Of a DNA stretch of 34,957 bases, positions 26,715 to 34,957 are shown in pieces. A model generated the notes under the pieces. That model was not told the DNA's origin. It made no database searches and saw only the letters and a list, made by a program, of their open reading frames with translations. Source of the stretch: Paraglomus brasilianum (taxonomy: Eukaryota); contig CAJVPI010000332.1 of NCBI GenBank assembly GCA_910592345.1, positions 1-34,957 on the forward strand, in the 5' to 3' direction. Numbering within the stretch: position 1 is the stretch's first letter; each line of letters begins with the position of its first letter. The translations under genes and the position numbers were made by a program.

Positions 26715-28682
26715 ATGGAAGAAAAACCCACTACCGGTAATGCTAAGAAAGAACTCAACACAATGGAAGAAATATTTAAGAGTTATTTTCAAGCCATTGG
26801 ATGCTTCGACTATCCAGCAGCCACAAAGGTGGCAGGGAGAATGTCAAAGGTACATTCTGGATAATAACAAAGAAAAGTCATGGTTTCGTGTCTGATAACG
26901 TGCTACCTTCTGTAGATAAACCCAGGGGCAAGCACAATTCTTACGGCATTATCACGTTGTGAACAGAGTTATACTTCGTTGGATTCACTAAAGTCAAAAT
27001 TATGGCGAAGCAAAGATGTAAGCTTTTATCACGAATTGATTGACGTTGTAGCAAATCTTGAGATTGACGCACAAAAGTTCCTTGATTTGCTGTATTCTGA
27101 TGCAGTTAAGGATATACATGCGAAGGTATCTGCCCAAATAGCTGGGGCACCCGCTCAGTCCGACGCTATCTACATGATCGATGTCTGCAGAGCACTGGGT
27201 TGCTTTGCAAAGTGTAGACAGAACATGAATGAAGTGTATGCAATCACAGGATATCCATTCAGTGTCCGTTATTCAGATGTTGATTAATTGTTTATGACAC
27301 AGTTATCGATTAATACAGAATCATCAATATCTTGACGATGTTACGCCTATTCTCGAGAAGATTAAAATAATTGGAGAAGAAGTTAGAAAGGAACCATTCT
27401 TGAAAAAATTGGGCATATTAGTGACTGGACTCAAGTGAGCTGTAACTAGGGAAAGGTTTTATTGATTTATAGTAAATAATTAATAATTGCTCACTGAGAA
27501 TTATTTCCTTCACAGTTATGAAATTGCAATAATGGAATCGTTACTCGCTGCGCAGAAAGGAATAACATCTTACAACTTTAAGGATACCATAGTAAACCTC
27601 TACACAGCCAAGATGAATTTGTCGGCGTGGAGAGAACTATATTCTAGCCAGGAGTATGCAGAGGTAATATATATATCTCTGGAAACCGAGTATCATGTTA
27701 TTGTACCTGTTTCGAATTGACTCAATCTAACTGGCGATTTCGAATAGAAATCTCCAAACAAGGCGGAGGACGTTTCACGTGGACTTTTCACCTGGATTAT
27801 CTTCGAGGTAGGAAGCATATTTCGCGTTTTCGTTAACAATTTATTTACACACGCACTAATGCATTAATCTCTTAGAGGAATTCCAGACCTGTCAAACGAA
27901 ACAGCGGTTCTCCTAATCTAGTGCAATGGATGAACAGATTCCATGGCGATCTGACTGCAAAAGCGACTTTATATTTTATGCAAGTTTTGATAGATAGTGA
28001 TAGAGGAGGTCTAGGCCAAATGTGGCAGCGTGTTGAAGTTGATTATCATGGGGAGTAAGTGAAACCCCAGTTCAATCTCTTTGAAAAGATTATTGAATCT
28101 GAAATAACCTCTAATCTTTTTTCTTTACTGTAAGGATAACAAATTTCAGAAGGACATCCAACGCCTTGTGTGTTGCTTTAGTGTATGAAATAACGGATGA
28201 CGCTCCATTTTATGTATATGGATATATCTGCGAAGGAGAGAAACCAGCAGACTTGGATTCTGACATGGATCGATTTCGATGTATTTATAGCTATCCCAAG
28301 GTATTGCTATCTCGGAATTCTTTCAGTGTCTATCGAGTGCATTATATATTAACTCGAATCTCCCCAAATCAATCAGGACCAAATAGCTCACTCTAAGGAT
28401 GATAAACTTTGGTCTAGCATGATCTCTAAGTTATCGCAAGCGGATCGCAAGCCATCAGTATCACCGCAAAGACCGATTCCAATATATGAAACTGATAAAG
28501 AATTGAAAACCACTTATTATTTTTTAAGAATTGATATTCGTGTGAGACTAGCCGTCATTCATTCAACTGTGCATACAGGTCTAGATGCTCAAACGTCAGA
28601 ATTCATGACACAAATCGGGACTAGATTGAGTAATACGTATAATCTACAATCTTTGGGTAATTTCAGTGAACAAGCAACGTAA
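26715..28682 (+). CDS. KICS2: KICSTOR subunit 2 (C12orf66/DUF2003) homolog (multi-exon)
   Basis: Collinear motifs with human C12orf66 as recalled: YFQAIGCFDY, EIAIMESLLAAQ...IVNLYTAKMNLSAW, PNLVQWM...LTAKATLYF, ITNFRRTSNALCVALVYE, DKELKTTYYFLRID. Confidence 0.85.
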
Positions 28683-28787
28683 GTTTCAACGATATAAATA
28701 CAATCGCGGCGATAATGATGGAGATTCTCCGCTGCCATGTGCTTGTTTGTAAATTTAATTATATCATTTTTACCGTTAACTATTAAG

Positions 28788-31635
28788 TCATTCTTCTTCG
28801 AGAAACCAATTTGTATCTTCGTCATATCTCCACTTTGTTAATTTGGTTCCTAAATATTGAGAATAAATATATCAAATTTGTCATTCAGATTTTAGTTACA
28901 GATCACTTTGGAAATGTTACCATATGGCTTGGGTTCCAGACAATAAATTGTATGTAAAGGAACCGGCATGTCTGGTACGCTTTCTTTGTCCACATCCAAA
29001 AAATATGCTAGAATTATCCTTAATACAACTTGATGTGTTACAATCAAGATATTATCTGTCATCCGTTCGAGTTCGACAATAAGCGGATTCACTCGGTGAA
29101 TTACGTCCAGATATGATTCACCACCCATTCCAGGATAGCGATAATAAAGCTTGTTATTTTTACGCGCATTGTATTCGTTTGGATAGAGCTGTTCAATTTC
29201 CCGATACGTCATCTCTTCATAAAGACCCTAAATTCATAAAAGGATATTGTCAATTAATAGGGGAGTCCGTAAAGCAATTAAACACTAAACAAAAATTAAA
29301 AAGGCTGTAAAGGCTGTTTTTACCGCATATATTTCATTAAGGAATCGAATGTGCTGCAAGAAAAAACAACAAGATCGGAATTTTTTAATTTTCTTAACAC
29401 ATCACAAGAGGACAAACATGGTATTTACCATTATACCAAACTCTTTCGGATCAATATGCTCAACAGTGTCGATGGTCCTCTGCAATAAACTTGTCCATAC
29501 GTGGAAATTCTTCTCGGGCGGTTCAGGTGCAGGGATTGCTGAAGGATCTGATTGTTGCTCAGCTTCAACGTCGGCTTTGTGTTTAGCCAACTGCTGTTGA
29601 CGGAAAGCAATTTTTTGTTTAGAAATAAATTTCGCAAGACATTCAGCGAAACGACGGCCTTTCGCGGAAAGACATGCATTGCCGCCTATATAAAATTAAT
29701 TATTCATACAAGATGAATAGAATGAGTAAGAATCTGAATGAACCTTTTTAGACAGAACTAACTGCATAATTACCTATTCTGCCAATTATGTTGTCTGTAC
29801 TTTCACCATGTCTCGTCAGCCAAATTTGACGTTCTGTTATTTGAACAGAGGTTTATTTCCTCAAAAAAAGTAAATGAAAATGAATTCTAATAAAATACAA
29901 CTTACCAACAAGATTGAAATTCATGAGATAGAAAATACATTGTCCGCTCAAGTAACCTTGAATGTTGTGCGCGATCACCTACAAACTAATCGCGTTAGTC
30001 ATTTGGCGAGTTGAAATTTTCACAGAATATCTGAAAGTAAATTAGCAACCTTTTTCCCCACGTTAATTAATTTACAATATTGCATATTACTTTGTTCCTC
30101 CTCCTCACTGATAGGTTCATAAGCTTTCTCATAATTGACAACCCGTTTCCGAAAGTCATTGAGCGCTTCATCAGGATCCATGTTCTTGTAATCAGGACCT
30201 GATAGTTTCAAGCGCATATTCGCTTCAACGGTCTGTAGTAGTAAAGCAAAGGAAAGTAAATTTAACACGTCAACCGAATAAATAGTATTTAGAATACTAG
30301 ACCGTATTATCAGGACAAACCTTCTTATCATTACATATTGATTCTACAAACAAAACCTTGCACGATAATTTTTGCTGGATATGATCTAGTATCAGTTTTC
30401 TTTTAAATGACAATCGTACTATCAATTCACGAACCACTGCACGCATTTTCTATTTATAAATTTCTGCCAGAATGTCTACCTTCGATTCACAGTCGAATTT
30501 GTCGCATCTAGGCATTTATGAAAAAGGAATTACTCTTTATAATTTATCATTTTCATATTTATATGCATCTAAATGCAATAAACTCACCGTGAATGCCAAC
30601 CCTCCCCCCATTGTTCATCCAGTCAATCAATTCGTCCAGGCATTCTAGTGCCATCCTATCTCTTAGATTCTTTGCATCATTATTATCTGGGTCAAAAAAG
30701 GCTGCCGAGTGTCTTCTTTGACCGAGTAGTTCTGGAACCTCCAAAAGATTTTTTGTCGCGTTCATATTACGACGGAGATTTCCGACATTAAAAATCTGAA
30801 GTTATCGATATAAAAAATGAGTTTTCTACGGGATTTATAGGAGATTATAGATCATTGGGAGGTAAATTTTATCCTCTATTACTTTCGTATCATATTGTAG
30901 CCACGTCAGGTATCGTTTGAGTTTTTTGACAATATACGATTTGCCTCTGGCAGGGAGTCCGACTACATTCACAAACCAAATTAATGATGATATCAACTAC
31001 TTCAACCAAGCTCATTCCACAATCCCATAAGGAAACTCCAGTTACCCATTACAACTACCAGCTTCGGTCCTGATGCTCCTTGTTGAGTTGAGAACTCTGC
31101 TTCTAAGATTAAAAGATATGAGGCTGATTCGACAATTACCAAGACATCCAAAAAACAGGATTTCTTACCGTTACCATTAGCATATCTCGCCTGGAGTTGG
31201 ACAATGCCTTCAAATTATCGCAGCATCCCTATAAAAGTCAGTGAATTCTCTTTCTAATCATCGGCCAAACACCAATTCAGCTAAAACCAACCGGGTAGAT
31301 CCAGAGAACACCTATGTACTTTGAATCTTTGCAATTCAGAGTATTTGTTGTATTTATCCGCCCCATCGTCTTCAGAATCACTGTCATTTGATAGGTATCG
31401 CCTAACATTTAGAAACATTTTGGTATAGTCAATCCCTGTTATCGATAAGCATGCTTATATTACAATAATATGCACCACACCAAAAATGGAGATTATCGTT
31501 ATCAGTTTTCAAACGGGTTTCGGAATGCATCGGCGATCTCCTGAGATTATCACATTCTATTGCGTCGGTGTCTGAACAAAAAACTGCGGTCATATAATCG
31601 GCATTTTTCCTTTTGCCATATTGAATAATAGTCAT
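28788..31635 (-). CDS. 6-phosphofructo-2-kinase/fructose-2,6-bisphosphatase, PFK26-type (multi-exon; N-terminal exons less certain)
   Basis: SLDLPG...KLVVVMVGLPARGKSYIVKKL, FNVGNLRR, HSAAFFDPDN, KLSGPDYK, IWLTRHGES, GESYLDVIHRV, VTHQVV, CLEPKPYG. Ends WFLEEE*. Confidence 0.93.
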
Positions 31636-31805
31636 CAAAATTGTTGGAATGTACTAGTAATCATAATTACTGATGAGAAAGCCGCGCATCGAGTGCTCGT
31701 CCATAATTTGAACAATGGGTGTTGTGACACTCTGAAACTTTTAATTAATAAAATCAATACGCCTACATAGATAGAACAATTTCCTGAACATATTCAAACC
31801 TTGTG

Positions 31806-32371
31806 CAAAGGCAACCCCGTTATAACGAAGGAGTCTGTCCGGGCATTTTCCTTCGGTACAACGGGGTCTTCGGAATAACGGGGTCACCCGTGTTAACCGA
31901 AGGTTATATCATGATGCCGATTCCTTCGGTTAAGCATATGAATATTAAATAAATGCATTTAGCTAAATAATAATTCGTTTTATTACTCGATGCATTAAAT
32001 ATTACAAATCGGTCAATTAATTGTAAAGAAGTCGCCAAGATTAGTTTGAACCTTCGAATCGCCAATCGTTTTGCATAAATTCTTTTTTAACTTGTTCAAT
32101 TCACGCGAAAAGGTCATGCTGAGATTCAATGATGTTTGTCAGTTTTTATACTGCATTTTATTGGTTGAAAAAATTTCTTCCTTCGGTTAACAAAGGATGA
32201 TCTTTGGTTCAATTTGTTATTATTTATTTAAAAAAATCTTCGGATACGGGTAACAAAGGATTTCATATTAAAATTCGGTTAAGCGGGGTAATTTTTATAT
32301 GATTGGATGGGGTTTTTGAAAATTCTTCGTTACAACGGGATATTTGTTTCGTTATAACGGGGTTGCCTTTG
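31806..32371. mobile_element. pogo-like MITE (566 bp) with perfect 24-bp TIRs and multiple subterminal repeats
   Basis: CAAAGGCAACCCCGTTATAACGAA (31806-31829) / TTCGTTATAACGGGGTTGCCTTTG (32348-32371). TA on the right, TG on the left. About 8 internal TTCGGxxAACGGG-like motifs. Confidence 0.9.
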
Positions 32372-32992
32372 TAATCATTTTCATTGTTGGCAAATTGAAC
32401 CGTCACTACCTTTGCCGATAGTCCATTTGCGTACCATCAACTATTATTCATTTTCGCGTCCGGCAAATTTACCTTAGCCAAGCGTAATGAATAGGAGGTT
32501 AAACCCAAGCTTCTGAATCAAACTCTTCATCAGATTGACGCCAACATTTTTATGCAAGCTATAAATAAGTTAGCATTGCCACCATGTTAAAGAAAATTGT
32601 TTATTACCAAAAAATCTTTGTACTTGCCAGGTTTTTTCTCGTATTTGAGAAGAGTTTGATTTTAATCGTATTCGCCAAGCCAGAATGAATCGATGGACAA
32701 GTATCGATTACTCTTACTAGCAGAGGAATTAACGGTTTCCGGCGTTATCGGTACGTTACCAGGGAACTGAAGTGTTTAATGCACATTTATTAGAGGATTG
32801 AAGGACTATCCTACTATTGGTTATAAATAATTATAGAAATATATTTAACTTATCGAAATATGATGTTTGCTAGCTATTTCAGATATATTTCTACCGTTTC
32901 GCTAGCTATAATCTAAAATTAGCGAGTACTAACAAATGGGCGAATATTATGATAAAGGTATTCTTGCCTTTTGTAGTCCAAAGGAGGAGGAG

Positions 32993-34400
32993 TTAGCTTA
33001 CTTTTCTAGTTTTTAACAAATTAAATTCAGTGAAAGCAACCAGCTGGGCTTTGACAACTCCAGGTCGAGCTGCCTCAAAGAGGAAATGCTGATATTTTTG
33101 TAAACCATTTAATTTTTTTAAAAAAAAACCCCCTAACACAGAATTAAGATCTAAGTATTGAAAGCCTTTGCCGTCTTCATAACACTGAGCTTTATTTAAT
33201 CCAACTGTACTCGATCTTTTCACAGCTTCAACAATATGGTCCATACAATCTACGGTATAGTTTCTTGATCAATCCAAAACTACCATCACACTTGAATTTA
33301 GTATGTCCAGGGACCATAAAATTTAATTCGATACTTTCATAATAATAATAACCGCAAATTATTAAATATAGATAAAATCAATAGTGGCATTATTTTATTC
33401 TGACCACCCGCATTATCACAAGTAATCTTTAAATGTTTTTCGCCTTTATTCAATTTCTCTATTCCATCGAACACCATGTTCAGTGTGCCATTATAATTGG
33501 GGCCTTTCCCTATAATTTCGTCTTCATCGAGAACGTAATTAATCTGTTCGCGTACTGCTACCAAATAAATGCACTTTACGTGGACTAAGATAATAAATCT
33601 TACTTACTATTACCTGTTGATCGGAATGGGGAACGTAAACGTTTTGCGCTCAATCATAACTGTAATGAGCAGTAGCATCAACGCTACAATAGTCAGCTTT
33701 ACCTCTTGTTATAAAATGCCTATCTCTGTTGTTCTGCTAATTTCGTATTTTTGTTGTAATAATTTCTTTCTAATTTAGTCTTAACCAGGTGTTCTTTGTT
33801 AAATTTTTTACTTCTTCTTCCTTACGAGCATTATACTGTAAGCCGTTCCGAAAATGTTGGCACGTGTTACATAAATCCGTCTTGGCCTCATAATTTGATA
33901 TAATAATAAGGTGTTAATTGGTACTATAACTTGCGAAACGCATCATATTTTGACAATTTCAACGTGCTATCGTTTTCAAGACCTGCAATAAAATCACAAT
34001 AGACCGACTTGTAACTTGTTTTGGCTGGCAAAAGTGTAAGCGATTGAGTAATTCGGTTTACATTTCTACTAGGACTTTGAATTCGGCATAGTTTTCGAGA
34101 AAATTCTTCACGGCGGTAGCAACGTTTATATTAATAGTTATTTTGGTTTTCTATCGCGGCACTCGTTTGATATTACTATGAACACGCGGTATTATACCAT
34201 TTGTTGCTAGGTGATTTCTGACGTTTTCGAAGTGCGTGCGGCCAATTCCTAACAAATTGAGATACGTTTTCTGACAAAGAAGCGTATTGCGATCTCAGTA
34301 ATAAAAAGTTCGCTTATTAGTACGTGTTTTCTTTTTAAGACGTCAGCTGGCAGTCCATTTATTGCTTTCAGCTGGGCCATTAAAAATATATCTTGCTCGA
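32993..34400 (-). mobile_element. Decayed Sola-like (DUF7869-type) DDD transposase
   Basis: Frameshifted fragments: CQKTYLNLLGIG, IPRVHSN, DLCNTCQHF, HYSYD*AQNV, SPRKVHLFG, CDNAGGQNK, FMVPGHTKFKCDGSFGLIK, KYQHFLF. Confidence 0.8.
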
Positions 34401-34413
34401 ATCTAGAGACGCC

Positions 34414-34957
34414 TCACGTAATTCGGCAAACTTTTCTCTCGGAATCTTTCTTGAGCAACCACAATTGCAACCTATCTCCAACAGCCTGTCCATGCAATTT
34501 GTACCATGAAGCAAGCATGGGAAGTAACCGTCCAATCATTCGGCATACATTGAAGCAATAAAGACGATCCCCAGGCTTTTGTAGATCAAAAGTATGAAGT
34601 GAGTGCAAAACATTGTTCCCATTCACATATTCTATGGCTGAGAATTTATAAGCATAAGCATGATAGCAAGGAGATAAAGTAGATTGCCATATGTTTTATG
34701 TGAGTTCATTTGCAGGGTCACCAGATGTGTACGGTCCTTTCTCTTCTGCCCAGAAGACACCATATTCCCAATAGAAAGAACAAGATTAGGTCGTTGTGTT
34801 CCCATGGTTGTTAGATTGTATAGTTTGTGTAATTAAGTTGTCTCACAAGCAGTGAAATGATTCTTCTGTATGTCCTGTTGCACAGGTAGAACTAAACAAT
34901 TTCGGCCTCAATTAAGCTGCTGATTTATTTCTGAAATCTGTCAGAAATGTATGTTAA
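34414..34957 (-). pseudogene. Crinkler (CRN)-family effector pseudogene fragment, running off the window
   Basis: HTEESFHCL*DNLI, GTQRPNLVL, VFWAEEKG..SGDPANEL, FDLQKPGDRLYCFNVCRMIGRLL resemble the PD-(D/E)xK-type CRN domain. Contains stops and frameshifts. Confidence 0.6.

Overview
AT-rich, intron-rich eukaryotic DNA (short ~60-110 nt GT-AG introns with CTAAC/CTGAC-type branch sites), most consistent with an early-diverging, Mucoromycota-like fungus (inference from gene content, Crinkler and Sola-type remnants). A compact housekeeping core (4.5-19.1 kb) holds mitochondrial MnSOD, TRM61, an OCRL/INPP5B-like 5-phosphatase, an LRR + BC-box + Zn-finger protein, a FAM210/DUF1279 protein, COX11, RPL39 and TRM4/NSUN2. 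A second block (26.7-31.6 kb) holds a KICS2/C12orf66 homolog and a PFK26-type 6-phosphofructo-2-kinase/FBPase-2. Between and around these are repeat-rich zones with Tc1/pogo MITEs, decayed Tigger, Tc1 and Sola-like transposases, a Crinkler pseudogene, a 22-bp minisatellite and a small secreted-protein gene. The most notable items are an orphan gene built from a triplicated two-exon module carrying RRSIRIA motifs, and two animal-type regulatory components: a KICSTOR subunit and an LRRC58/LRR1-like cullin substrate receptor. Gene models were spliced by hand and family calls come from recalled motifs, not database searches. I found no complete, clearly novel multi-gene system.
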